A DNA stretch of 64,000 nucleotides from Sedimentisphaerales bacterium (lineage in GTDB: Bacteria; Planctomycetota; Phycisphaerae; Sedimentisphaerales; Anaerobacaceae), in NCBI GenBank assembly GCA_963708075.1, contig OY970194.1, positions 1,280,001-1,344,000 of the forward strand. Direction: 5' to 3'. The position numbers were made by a program, and so were the translations under genes. Positions 41,525 through 52,277 of this stretch are shown in pieces. The notes below the pieces were generated by a model. The model did no database searches. It saw only the letters and a program-made list of their open reading frames with translations, and had not been told where the DNA came from. How positions within the stretch are numbered: the stretch's first letter is position 1; each line of letters opens with the position of its first letter.

Positions 41525-44500
41525 GAAGATTCACGCCGCTCGCGGGCCTTTGCCTGCTGATGGTGCTTGGGCGCTCGACGTATTGTCAGGACTGGCCCAC
41601 CTACATGCACGACAATTTCAGGAGCGGCGTGACAGAGGCACAGCTCGAGTTGCCCCTGGAATGCGCGTGGACATTCAAGACGCTGTACCCGCCATCGCCG
41701 GCGTGGCCCGGCCCTGCCAAGCAGGATTTCTTCCACGACCATTTCGACCTGCGGCCCGTCGAGAACCTACGACTGGGTCTTCCATGTGATCGCGCAGGCA
41801 GACACCATTTACTTCGGCTCCTCTTCCCAGGACAAGATTTACGCGCTGGACGCCGGCAGCGGAAAGGTTCGCTGGACATTCGTCACCAATGGGCCCGTGC
41901 GATTTGCCCCGGTGTTCTCGGATGGGCGGATTTACGCAGGCTCGGACGACGGCTATGTGTACTGCCTGTCCGGCGATGACGGCTCGCTGATCTGGAAGCG
42001 CCGCGTGGCATCCGATGAGCGGCTGATCCCCGGAAACGGGCGCCTGATCTCGCTGTGGCCGATCCGGACCGGCTTGGTCGTTGAGGATGGGGTCGTCTAC
42101 GGCACCGCCGGTCTGTTCCCCGAGCAGGGAACGTATCTGGCGGCGCTCGACGCCTGGACCGGCTCCGTGAAATACCGTCAGCGGCTGGAGATCCTGCCGC
42201 AGGGCTATATGCTCGCCTCCGCTCGGCGGCTGTACGTGCCGACCGGACGGACCAATCCTGCGATCTTCTCCCGCGAGCAGGGAACGATGGAGGGACAACT
42301 GCCGAGTGCGGGCGGCGCCTATGCGCTGCTGACCGAAGATGTTCTTGTGACCGGTCCGGGGCGTGGGCCCAAGATGCTCCAGGGCGACGACATAGAGACA
42401 AAGGACGGCATCGCCACGTTCAGCGGGCTTCGCATGGCCGTTCAAGGGGCCGTGGCGTATATGCAGTCCGAGCGGCAATTGTCGGCGTTCGATCGCGGGC
42501 GGTATCTGGAACTCTCGCGGCAGCGCACGAAACTGGACCGGACGCGAAGCGAGACGAAGAAGTCGCTCGAAAAGATGCCGGAAGGCCGGCCGGAGGCCGA
42601 GCAGGCCAAACGCCAGATCAAGGACTTGACTGCTCAAATCAGTCAACTCGATGCGCAGGTGAAGGCCTGCTATCTCTGGACTGTGGAGTGCATTTATCCA
42701 TTCGCCATGGTCATGGCCGGCGAGACTCTGTTCCTGGGCGGCGATAACATGGTTGCGGCCGTCGATAGCGCGAAGGGCGATGTGGTCTGGACGGGCCGCG
42801 TTCAGGGACGGGCATATGGATTGTGCGTCGCCAATGGCGCGCTGTACGTCAGCACGGATGCGGGAAAGGTCCATTGTTTCCGCCACGGCACCGGCGACGG
42901 CGAGCCGAGAATGATTGCCGAGGCGGTCTCCACAGGTGGATATCCGCAGGATGGGCTCACAAAGAGATACGAAGCGGCGGCGGATTACATCCTTCAGCAA
43001 ATCCCGCAGGCAAAGGGATACTGCCTGGTTCTCGACTGTGGCGAAGGCCGGCTGGCGTGCGAGTTGGCCCGGCGAAGCAAATTGAGGATTGTCGGTGTCG
43101 TGCCGGATGTTGATGCGGCGGACAAGGCTCGTAAGCTTCTCGATCGCGCCGGATTCGCCGGCCGGGTCACCGTTCATCCCTCTGCTGATGGCCGATTACC
43201 TTTCACGAGCTACTTCGCGAACGCCGTGGTCTCAGACGGAACGCTCCGCGGCGGGCAATATCCGGACAATCCTCGTGAGATCATGAGAGTCCTGCGGCCG
43301 CACGGCGGCGTGCTCCTCCTCGGTGCACCTGCGGACTCCGGGGAGCAGATGCAGCGGTGGGGCCAGGCCTTCTCTCCACAATGGAAGACTGTGGATCAGG
43401 ACGGCGTCACATGGGGTCGTCTCGAAAGAGGCGGTCTTGACGGCTCAGGAGAGTGGACGCACCAGTACTCCGAGCCGGGTAACAGTGCCTGCAGCGGCGA
43501 CAAGCTCGTCGAAGGCCCGCTCACGATCCAATGGTTCGGCGAGCCCGGCCCGCGCGACATGCTCGACCGGCACCATCGCACCATCGCGCCGTTATGCAAG
43601 GACGGACGGCTGTTTGTGCCGGGCGATTGCATGGTGTTCGGCGTCGATGCGTACAACGGGACAATCCTGTGGCGGACCGACGTGCCGGACTCACGCAGGC
43701 TTGGGACGTTCCTCGATTGCGGGAGTATGGCCGTCGATGATCGCATGCTGTACGTCGCCGCCGAAGACGGTTGTCATGCATTGGATGTGCGAACCGGTCG
43801 GCAGGAGCGGGTCTTCGCCACGCCGCAACTGGCCGGCGACGAAGCACGCAGGTGGGGGTACGTCGCTTATGATGGCTCCATGCTCTTTGGCTCCGGCTGC
43901 AAGAGGGAGGCCTCCTATCGGGAAACGAGCTACGCTGCCGATTATGCCTTGTGGTACCGCAACATGAAGCTGGTGACCAGCGACTATCTGTTCGCCAGAG
44001 ACAAGGCTGCCGACACCCTCGCATGGACGTACCGAGATGGCGTCATCCTCAACACGACGATCACTGCAGCGGCGGGACGGATCTACTTTGTGGAGACGCA
44101 CAGCCCGGCGGCGCTGGCGGACAAGGCCGGCCGCCTGCCCGTCAAGACCCTGTTTGCCGGCGGCGAGCAGTACCTGGTGGCCCTGGACCAGAAGACCGGC
44201 AAGCCCGTCTTCAAAAAGAAGATCGACGTCAGTCATTTCGAGGAGCCGGTGTACCTGACTTTTGGCGAGGGTGTATTGCTGCTGAGTGGCTCACGCCTCT
44301 TCAACGAGTCGGTGCGGTACTACTACGACGCCTATGACGCAACCACGGCGGAAGAACTCTGGCACACGGACCATAACAGCGAGTTGGCTATCGATGGCGG
44401 GCACGGCGAGTACAATCGGCAGCCTACCATCATTGGCAACACCGCTTATGCCTGGCCCTACGCGTACGACCTCCGCAGTGGAAAGCGGGTCGAGGCGTGG

Positions 44501-44764
44501 AAGTTCGAACGCCGGGGCCACGGCTGCGGGAACATTTCCGCCTCGGCCCAGTGCCTGTTCTGGTGGGGCGGCAATCCGTGGATGTATGACTTCGGACCGC
44601 AGGGTGGGCCGACACGCCTCAATACCGTCTCCAGGCCGGGATGCTGGATCAACATGATCCCTGCTGGCGGACTCCTGCTGATCCCGGAGGCCAGCTCGGG
44701 TTGTACCTGCGGCTTTTCGCTGCAAACCTCCCTTGCCTACATTCCCGAGAATAGTCTAAAATAG
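41521..44764 (+). CDS. Large PQQ-like beta-propeller repeat protein with methyltransferase-like domain, frameshifted at ~41765
   Basis: Signal peptide and DWPTYMHD in ORF 41521..41979; the rest in ORF 41786..44764. Removing one A gives VETYDWVFHVIAQ. Confidence 0.85.
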
Positions 44765-44815
44765 CGGCTGGCAGATTCGTTAACGGTGCGTGTTCGACGT
44801 TAGGTGGCAGATCGC

Positions 44816-45961
44816 ATGTCTATTGCCCGAATGGTTTTCAAAGAGATTTGGCACCGCAAGGTCAATTTCCTGCTTGCGGTCCTCGCTGTGACCACGGCGG
44901 CGGCGTTCTTCGTGGCCTTTCGCACGGCGGCCGGCGCCTCCGAGCGGGAGACGGCCCGCGTCATGCTGTCGATGGGGTACAACCTGCATATTATCGCCAA
45001 ACAGGCGAGCGCGGACGCCTTTCTCGTGACGGGAATTCCGGACAAGACGATGCCCGAAACATACCTGGATGCGCTGGCTGCTCAGCGCAGCATCTCCTAC
45101 AATCACGTGCTGGCGACGCTCGACGGCAGGATGACCTGGCGGGGCATCGACATCATCCTGACCGGTCTGTCGCCCGAGGTGGGTCCCCCGAGCGAGAAGA
45201 AACCGCCGCTGACGTTCAAAGTCCAGCCAGGGACCGCGTACGTGGGCCATCGCATAGCGGGATCGCTCGGGATTCAGAAGGGCGATGTGATTGTCCTCAA
45301 CGACAAGGAATTGAAGGTCGAGCGGTGCCTTGCCGAGTCCGGCGGCGTGGACGACATGCGAATCCAGTGCAGCCTGGCTGATGCTCAGATGATTCTCGGG
45401 TGGCCGGGACAGATCTCGCAAATCAAGGCGGTGGATTGCCTCTGCTTCGCGAAAGGCGACCCGGTCGAGATTCTGAGGAAGGAGCTGGGTTCCGCTCTGC
45501 CGGAGGCACAGGTGTTTCAGGCCACGTCCCTCGCGACGGCTCGCACCAAGCAACGGCAGATGATCCAGAATCTCTTTGCCGTGATGTTGCCGTTCGTCCT
45601 GGCGGCGTGCGGCGTGTGGATCGCCGTGCTGGCCGTCACGAATGTGCGGGACAGGCGGCAGGAGATTGGTCTGCTGCGTGCCCTGGGATACGACACCGGC
45701 AGTATCCTGCGTCTATTTCTTGGCAAGGCCGTGCTGGTGGGTTTGTTCGGCGCTGCTACAGGTTTCCTGCTGGGCACCGGTCTGGGGCTTCAGTTCGGGC
45801 CTCGCGTGTTCGAGGTTACGGCCCAGGTCATGCTGCGGCCGGAACTCTCTCTGCTCGCCTTCTCCTGTATCCTCGCGCCGTTGTTCGCCGTCATCGCCAG
45901 CCTTGTCCCCGCTGTGGTCGCCGCGACGTACGATCCCGCCGCAACGCTGAGGGAGGAATAA
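44816..45961 (+). CDS. FtsX/MacB-like ABC transporter permease
   Basis: N-terminal TM, periplasmic domain, NVRDRRQEIGLLRALG, three C-terminal TMs, DPAATLREE. Confidence 0.9.
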   Translation: MSIARMVFKEIWHRKVNFLLAVLAVTTAAAFFVAFRTAAGASERETARVMLSMGYNLHIIAKQASADAFLVTGIPDKTMPETYLDALAAQRSISYNHVLATLDGRMTWRGIDIILTGLSPEVGPPSEKKPPLTFKVQPGTAYVGHRIAGSLGIQKGDVIVLNDKELKVERCLAESGGVDDMRIQCSLADAQMILGWPGQISQIKAVDCLCFAKGDPVEILRKELGSALPEAQVFQATSLATARTKQRQMIQNLFAVMLPFVLAACGVWIAVLAVTNVRDRRQEIGLLRALGYDTGSILRLFLGKAVLVGLFGAATGFLLGTGLGLQFGPRVFEVTAQVMLRPELSLLAFSCILAPLFAVIASLVPAVVAATYDPAATLREE

Positions 45962-45963
45962 AG

Positions 45964-46624
45964 ATGCCTAGTCCTTGAGAACCTCGGCAAAACGTACCGG
46001 ACGCGAATTCACAGAGTAAAGGCCCTCGACGGTGTCAGCCTGCAGATCGACAAGGGCGAGTTTGTCGTCGTCTGCGGGCCCAGCGGCAGCGGCAAAACCA
46101 CGCTGCTGATGATGATCGCCGCCATGCTCCACCCGAGCCGGGGCTCGGTCCGGTTCGACGACAAGGATATCTACAGGATGAGCGGCCCGGACCGCGCGCA
46201 ATTCAGGGCCAACAACATCGGCTTTGTATTTCAGATGTTCCATCTGGTGCCGTACCTGAGCGTTCTGGAGAATGTTCTCGTGGCCGGCGGAGCCGTTGGA
46301 AAGACCGACAGGACGCGAGCGAAAGAGCTTCTGCAGCAGCTCGGGCTTCAGCACCGCATCCGGCACCGACCGGCCGAGCTCAGCGCAGGTGAAAGACAGC
46401 GGGCCGCCATCGCGCGGGCCCTGCTGAATCGGCCGAAGCTGATTCTCGCCGACGAGCCCACGGGCAATCTCGATCCGGAAAACGCCGGCGGCGTTCTCAA
46501 GCACCTGCATGAATTCCAGCAGGCCGGCGGCACGGTTATCATTGCGACACATGGCCCCGCTGCCGGCGAGTTCGCCACCCGGACCATCCACCTGCGCGAC
46601 GGAGTGATCGAAAACCGCGCGTGA
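45964..46624 (+). CDS. LolD/MacB-type ABC ATP-binding protein, frameshift just after the start codon (~45967)
   Basis: ATG 45964 with GAGG RBS, then after one extra C: LVLENLGKTY...GPSGSGKTTLL, LSAGE, ADEPTGNLD. The track start 46109 lacks Walker A. Confidence 0.88.
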
Positions 46625-46628
46625 TCGA

Positions 46629-48056
46629 TCAGTTCGTGTACCGCACTGTGCCGGACTCGTCTACCTGGTAGCCCCACTTCCCGACGTAATCCGAGCCGGA
46701 GAGGAAATCGTCGTTGGTTTCCTTCAGCCTTCTTGAGAGGAGAGCCTCCAGATTCGCCTGCAAGGTGGCGTGTTCAGGCTTGTTGCATAGATTGTCCAGT
46801 TGGCAGGGGTCTTTGCCATTGTCGAACAGCAGCCAGGGCCCCTTGAGGTCGCGGACGTATGTGTGTCGGCGGGTCCGCACGCCGCGGTACTCCCGGCCGC
46901 CTCTCGCTCGCGTCCACTGTCCGAACGGCGCGGGGCAGCAGATCAATGCGGCATTGTCGGGCACGGGCGACTTGCCGGTCAGGACTGGGGCGAAATCAGT
47001 GCCTTGGACAGTCCCGGGAATAGTGATGCTGCTGAGACCCAGCAGCGTGGGCATGATATCCGGCGTGTTGATCGGGATGTCAATGGTCCTGCCTTGCCTG
47101 CCGAGCAGTGCGGGGTAACGTAACAGGAATGGCACAAGGATGGACTCATCCCATGGCTGCTGCTTGTTCTGGCCGCCATGAGAGTAGAGCATGTCCCCGT
47201 GATCCGAGGTAAAGACGAAGATCGTGTCCTCCTCGATTCGGGTGTCGCGCAGTGTCTGAAGGAGATCGCCAACGCAGTCGTCAAGAGCGGCGATATGGGC
47301 ATAATAGCCGACGAGAGCTTGCCGGGCCTTCTCCTTGTCCGCCTCGGGCACATTCGAGCGCAACGTGATTGTCTCAGGCTTAAAGAGTTGCCTGTACCTC
47401 TCCGGGGCGGTCTCGTACGGCGAGTGAGGCGGGCCCCAGGACAGAAACAGGATGAACGGCGGTCCGCCCGCACGTTCGCGGATGTACCGCTGCGCATCGT
47501 GGGTCTGGGCGATGGCGTCATAGCCCTCCCATTTCAGCTTGACGTCCTCATCGCCATAGTAGAACGAGTTGTTATAGGCGTGGGTGCAGCCCAGAACCTT
47601 CCAGAACTCGAACCCCTGTCGCCGCTCGCGCGGGATGAACGCGCTTCGCTGGTTGCCGTCGAGGTGCCATTTGCCGATGTAGCCGGTCTTATAACCGGCC
47701 CGCTGATACACCTCCGCAATGGACACGGCATCGTCCTTCAGCCGTACGTCATTCAGGAATACGCCGTGAGTCAGAGGGTACTGTCCCGTCAGCAGGCTGG
47801 CACGATAGGGGCTGCACACTGGGCAGCACGACACGGCATTCTTGAAGTTGATGCTCTCGGCTGCAAGCCGATCCAGGTTGGGCGTTCGCACGTCCTTATT
47901 GCCGGCGTATCCGGTCGCCTCCGCCCGCCACTGGTCCGCAAAGACGAAGACCAGGTTGGGTCTTCGCTGCGGGGTTCCGGCCCGATTCTGCTGTGGGCCT
48001 AACAGAAGCGATGCCGCACCAAGCCCGGCTGCTTTCAACAATTCCCTTCTTCGCAT
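46629..48056 (-). CDS. Tat-exported sulfatase (Cys type)
   Basis: MRRRELLK; PNLVFVFADQ, CSPYRASLLTG, GKWHL, TSDHG. Confidence 0.95.
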   Translation of the reverse strand: MRRRELLKAAGLGAASLLLGPQQNRAGTPQRRPNLVFVFADQWRAEATGYAGNKDVRTPNLDRLAAESINFKNAVSCCPVCSPYRASLLTGQYPLTHGVFLNDVRLKDDAVSIAEVYQRAGYKTGYIGKWHLDGNQRSAFIPRERRQGFEFWKVLGCTHAYNNSFYYGDEDVKLKWEGYDAIAQTHDAQRYIRERAGGPPFILFLSWGPPHSPYETAPERYRQLFKPETITLRSNVPEADKEKARQALVGYYAHIAALDDCVGDLLQTLRDTRIEEDTIFVFTSDHGDMLYSHGGQNKQQPWDESILVPFLLRYPALLGRQGRTIDIPINTPDIMPTLLGLSSITIPGTVQGTDFAPVLTGKSPVPDNAALICCPAPFGQWTRARGGREYRGVRTRRHTYVRDLKGPWLLFDNGKDPCQLDNLCNKPEHATLQANLEALLSRRLKETNDDFLSGSDYVGKWGYQVDESGTVRYTN

Positions 48057-48082
48057 ACTCTCTCCAGTCAGACCCTCCACAC

Positions 48083-48107
48083 GGGCGAGTGTGAAACCCG
48101 CCCCTAC
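48083..48107 (-). repeat. Single GTAG-type REP hairpin
   Basis: Minus strand GTAG-GGGCGGGT-TTCAC-ACTCGCCC. Confidence 0.6.
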
Positions 48108-48237
48108 ATCACGAGGATTATACCTGGCGGGGGGCAACGGCGATATCTCGGACCTGTATCGAGTCGGTTGACGGAGTGTCGCGTTCCCACTACACTGATT
48201 CGTGGAGCGTGGATCTGACTTTTGTGAGGTTCGTCAC

Positions 48238-49566
48238 ATGGAATTGTCGCGGTTGCTGGGAACGAGTTTCCGCTGTGCCTGTGGAAGGGTGCATGAGGTG
48301 CCGGTCAGGAAGCTTCTGTATGAGGCCGGTGCTGTCGGTGCTCTGCCTGAAATCCTCGGCCGGAACGGCAGAGCGGCCGTTGTCGCCGATGTGCGCACGT
48401 GGGATGTCTGCGCGGCAAGAGTACATGACGCGCTGAAGCAGGCAGGGTTTGGGGTCTCCAGAGTCATTGTCCCCGACAGGGCCAAAGGCGGGCCGATATG
48501 TGACGACACGACGGTTCAGTGGCTTCTCGGACAATTGCGTGGCATACAGCCTGAGATTGTGGTCGCCGTCGGCAGCGGCGTTGTCAATGACCTCAGCAAG
48601 TGGGCGTCGTTCGAGATGCGGATTCCTTACGTCGTTGTGGCGACAGCGGCATCGATGAATGGCTACTCGGCCGCCAACGTGGCGCCGACGATCGGGGGCG
48701 TGAAGATGCTCATCGAGGCCCGGCCGCCGGTGGCTGTGATTGCCGAGCCGGCCGTCATTGAGCAGGCGCCACACGAGATGACCACGGCAGGCTTCGGCGA
48801 CACGATTGCCAAGTTCCAGAGCAACGCTGATTGGATCACGAATAAGCTCCTGCTTGGCGAGTACTATTGCGACTTCTGCGCGGGGATCGCCGCCAGTTTG
48901 GAGCCTCTGTACCTGGCCCGGCCGGAGGATATCGGGGATGGCAAGCGGGAGGCGGTGAAGGGCTTGTTCGAGGCCTTGTTCTGGACTGGCCTGGCCATGA
49001 CGCTGGTAGGCACAAGCGCCCCGGCCAGCGGCGGTGAGCACCTGCTCAGCCATACGCTGGACATGTGGGCGGGAGCCTGTGGCGGCACTCATGACCTGCA
49101 TGGCCGGCAGGTGGGAATCGGAACGTTGCTCTCCGCTGCTCTTTATGAGCGCGTTCTTGCTGTCGATAGCCCCTCGCCCAGAGATTTGCCGCCCCGGATC
49201 GATGAGGCGTTCTGGGGAGTGCCGGCTGTGGTGGCGGCGGTCGCGAAACAGTACGAGGCCAAGAGGCAACCCCTGGAAGTGATCCGGCAAAGGATCGCAA
49301 GCGGGCAGTCGTGGGACCAGCTACGGATGGAACTGGCGGCGACGGTGAAGAGTCCCAAGACGATCCGGGATTGGCTCAAGCGTGCCGGCGGTGCGGTTTC
49401 CGTACGCGACATTGGCTGCTCGCGCGAGCAGATCAAGGCCGCCATCCTGCACATGCACGAGATCCGCAAGCGGCCCACAATCGTAGACCTGGCCTGGCTC
49501 GTCGGCATCCTGCCCGATGCCGTCGACGATCTGATCGATCAGTGGCTGACCGGCGACGGCGGATGA
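48238..49566 (+). CDS. sn-glycerol-1-phosphate dehydrogenase (AraM/EgsA family)
   Basis: CACGRVH, GSGVVNDLSK, TAASMNGY, GFGD, SGGEHLLSH, HGRQVG. Confidence 0.88.
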   Translation: MELSRLLGTSFRCACGRVHEVPVRKLLYEAGAVGALPEILGRNGRAAVVADVRTWDVCAARVHDALKQAGFGVSRVIVPDRAKGGPICDDTTVQWLLGQLRGIQPEIVVAVGSGVVNDLSKWASFEMRIPYVVVATAASMNGYSAANVAPTIGGVKMLIEARPPVAVIAEPAVIEQAPHEMTTAGFGDTIAKFQSNADWITNKLLLGEYYCDFCAGIAASLEPLYLARPEDIGDGKREAVKGLFEALFWTGLAMTLVGTSAPASGGEHLLSHTLDMWAGACGGTHDLHGRQVGIGTLLSAALYERVLAVDSPSPRDLPPRIDEAFWGVPAVVAAVAKQYEAKRQPLEVIRQRIASGQSWDQLRMELAATVKSPKTIRDWLKRAGGAVSVRDIGCSREQIKAAILHMHEIRKRPTIVDLAWLVGILPDAVDDLIDQWLTGDGG

Positions 49567-49579
49567 CGATACGCGTTCG

Positions 49580-49927
49580 CTATCCGTAGACGAAAGTTTT
49601 GTGCTCGAGAGACTCCTGGGCGGCGGTCTTGTCCGCGACGAACTGAAGAAGCTTGTATAGTCCCACCCGCCTGAAGATAGCCATGATACTGGGCGGAACG
49701 GAGCACAGGATCAGTTGCCGTCCCGTCGTGCTGAGCAGCCGGTTCAGGATAATCAGGCCACAGATCGTCACCGAGGACATGGTTTCGACCCGCGTGAAAT
49801 CCACGACGACGTGGCGGTTTACCCTGGGGGTGGTCAATCGTGCGGCGGTTTCCAACTCACTACTCCGATCCGGCTCCTGGGGCAGAGTGATAAGAAGGAC
49901 AGTTTCAGTGAGGTTGTGAAGAGCCAT
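49580..49927 (-). CDS. STAS domain protein (anti-sigma factor antagonist)
   Basis: VVVDFTRVETMSS...LILCSV..IFRRVGL. Confidence 0.85.
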   Translation of the reverse strand: MALHNLTETVLLITLPQEPDRSSELETAARLTTPRVNRHVVVDFTRVETMSSVTICGLIILNRLLSTTGRQLILCSVPPSIMAIFRRVGLYKLLQFVADKTAAQESLEHKTFVYG

Positions 49928-50185
49928 GAGACATCTCGATTCCAGTGAGCGGCATTATACCGCGCCGTGCAGGTTCGTCCGAACGCCATTACTTCGGATT
50001 GCCGCCCTCATGTAAAATATAACCCGGCTGATGCAAAATCCAAATTCGCCGCGAGCGAAATGCGCATCTTTTGGGACGCCTGTTGCCTGAACTTGCCCGA
50101 TTGGCCGTTGCAGGTCATTGCGGCCGACGGTACACTGGCCGCTCCGGCGTCAAACGGTTAGGGTTGGACGCTTGCAGGGTCCGAT

Positions 50186-50731
50186 ATGCTTAAGTTCATT
50201 ACTGACAAGCAAATATATGAAGAGGTCGTCTGTGCGATGATTCCCAGGGCCAAGCGGATGCTCTGGCTGGCTACCGCTGATCTTAAGGACCTCCACGTGC
50301 ACAAGCACGGCAGAATGGTCCCTTTTCTGGAGGTTCTGTCGGACCTGGTTCGCGGCAACGTGGAAATCCGGCTGCTTCACGCCAAGGAGCCCGGACCGAT
50401 CTTCCGCAGGGATTTCGACAAGTATCCGAGCCTCGCGAAAGGGCTGGAGCGGATGCTCTGCCCTCGGGTCCACATCAAGTGCGCCGTGGTGGATGGCGAA
50501 TGTGCCTATGCCGGCAGCGCCAATCTGACGGGAGCAGGCATCGGGGCCAAGAGCGATCGCCGGCGCAATTTCGAATCAGGGATCGTAACGACCGATCCGG
50601 CTGTCATCGGCCTGATCATGGAGCAATTCGATGGAATCTGGAGGGGGTCACACTGCCGGGAATGCGACAGAAAGGAATTCTGTGATGAGCACGCAGGTAT
50701 CTTGTCCACCCGGAGAGGAGAAAACGCGTAG
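50186..50731 (+). CDS. Single-domain phospholipase D-like (HKD) protein
   Basis: HIKCAVVD..GSANLT..NFESG; C-terminal CRECDRKEFC. Confidence 0.85.
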   Translation: MLKFITDKQIYEEVVCAMIPRAKRMLWLATADLKDLHVHKHGRMVPFLEVLSDLVRGNVEIRLLHAKEPGPIFRRDFDKYPSLAKGLERMLCPRVHIKCAVVDGECAYAGSANLTGAGIGAKSDRRRNFESGIVTTDPAVIGLIMEQFDGIWRGSHCRECDRKEFCDEHAGILSTRRGENA

Positions 50732-51239
50732 TGAAGCTCAGGGCCGGGTCAAATGCTATGGCTACCTGGACATAGAGACAACGGGCCTCAGTCGTAGCTA
50801 CTGCGATCTCACGGTAGTAGGGGTGGCGGTAATGCGCGGAGCACAACAGCAGTTCATGCAGCTTTATGGCGATCAGATCAACGCCGAGGCTGTGCTGGGC
50901 CTGCTGGAGGGTGTGGATGAGTTCTATACGTACAACGGCAGCCGGTTCGATCTGCCCTTCCTCCAGCAGAGGCTGGGCCTGGACATACGCCGCAAGTACG
51001 CACATACGGACCTGATGTACAAGTGCTGGCTCAAGAACCTCAAGGGCGGCCTGAAAGTCGTCGAGGCGCGCCTGGGCATAGAGCGGCGGCTCCAGGACAT
51101 GAATGGACTCATGGCGGTTCGCCTGTGGTGGGAATATGTCAACAACAATGATATCCAGGCCCTGCGGACGCTGCTGGAGTACAATAAAGAGGACGTTGTC
51201 AACCTCCATGTTCTGCGGGAGAAACTTGGCGTGAAGTAG
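50685..51239 (+). CDS. RNase_H_2 / YprB-like DEDD exonuclease
   Basis: YLDIETTGL, TYNGSRFDLPFL, GGLKVVE, YNKEDV. Confidence 0.88.
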   Translation: MSTQVSCPPGEEKTRSEAQGRVKCYGYLDIETTGLSRSYCDLTVVGVAVMRGAQQQFMQLYGDQINAEAVLGLLEGVDEFYTYNGSRFDLPFLQQRLGLDIRRKYAHTDLMYKCWLKNLKGGLKVVEARLGIERRLQDMNGLMAVRLWWEYVNNNDIQALRTLLEYNKEDVVNLHVLREKLGVK

Positions 51240-51262
51240 ACGCCTACTGTGGTGCATCGCGT

Positions 51263-52264
51263 ATGCTGAACCGGGTGCAACTCAATCGCGGAACGCACGG
51301 CCATATCCGCGTGCTGATCTATGGCGGTGGGGCGGTAGGTCTGGGCATCGCGAGCTGCCTGCTCCATGCGGGCAACGAGGTGGATATCCTCGCAAGGCCG
51401 CAGACGGTCGCCGCCCTGGAGAGGGAGGGGCTGACGCGGACGGGGATCTTCGGCGATGTCCATGCCAAGCCCGGGGCGTTTCGCTGCTACTGCTCGTTGC
51501 AGGAAGCGTGCAGCGGACCGTATGATTTCGTGCTGATTTGCACAAAATCGTTCGATTCGCCTTCCGTTGCAGAAGACCTTGGCCGACAGCGAGCGTGCAC
51601 GAATAGCACCGCGAAACTTGTGTTGTTCCAGAACGGCTGGGGCAATGCCGAGGTCTTCGCCGCCCGGTTCGACAAAGACCGCATCTTCAACGCGCGAGTC
51701 ATCACGGGGTTTCACAAGCATCAGCCCAACGAGGTGGAGATCACGGTTCACGCCGACAGCATCCACATCGGCAGCCTCTTCGGTGTGGACCCCGGCGCTG
51801 TGGAGAGTCTGTGTCATGCCATCAGCGCGGGCGGGATCCCCTGCGAGAAGACCGATGCGATCGAGAAGGACCTGTGGGCGAAGATGCTGTACAACTGCGC
51901 CCTGAATCCGCTCGGAGCAATCCTCGGCGTGCCTTATGGAGTTCTGGCCGAGCATGCGCCGACGCGACAATTGATGGACAAGATCGTCGAAGAGGTTTTC
52001 GCAGTCATGGCGGCCAGTGGTTACAGGACACACTGGCAGCAGGCCCAGGACTTCCTGAAGGTCTTCTACGAGCGATTGGTTCCCGACACCGCCGATCACA
52101 GGTCTTCCATGCTCCAGGACCTCACAGCGGGCAAGCGTACGGAGATCGACGCGTTGAACGGGGCCGTCATCCGGCTGGCGAACGAGCACGGACTCCAAAC
52201 CCCGTACAACGGCGCCGTCTATCGCCTGATCCGGTTCCTTGAGAGCCGCCCCGGCACCGAGTGA
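51263..52264 (+). CDS. panE: 2-dehydropantoate (ketopantoate) reductase
   Basis: GGGAVG, CTKSFD, FQNG, WAKMLYN, SSMLQD, TEIDALNG. Confidence 0.93.
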   Translation: MLNRVQLNRGTHGHIRVLIYGGGAVGLGIASCLLHAGNEVDILARPQTVAALEREGLTRTGIFGDVHAKPGAFRCYCSLQEACSGPYDFVLICTKSFDSPSVAEDLGRQRACTNSTAKLVLFQNGWGNAEVFAARFDKDRIFNARVITGFHKHQPNEVEITVHADSIHIGSLFGVDPGAVESLCHAISAGGIPCEKTDAIEKDLWAKMLYNCALNPLGAILGVPYGVLAEHAPTRQLMDKIVEEVFAVMAASGYRTHWQQAQDFLKVFYERLVPDTADHRSSMLQDLTAGKRTEIDALNGAVIRLANEHGLQTPYNGAVYRLIRFLESRPGTE

Positions 52265-52277
52265 GAAGGCCGACCGG

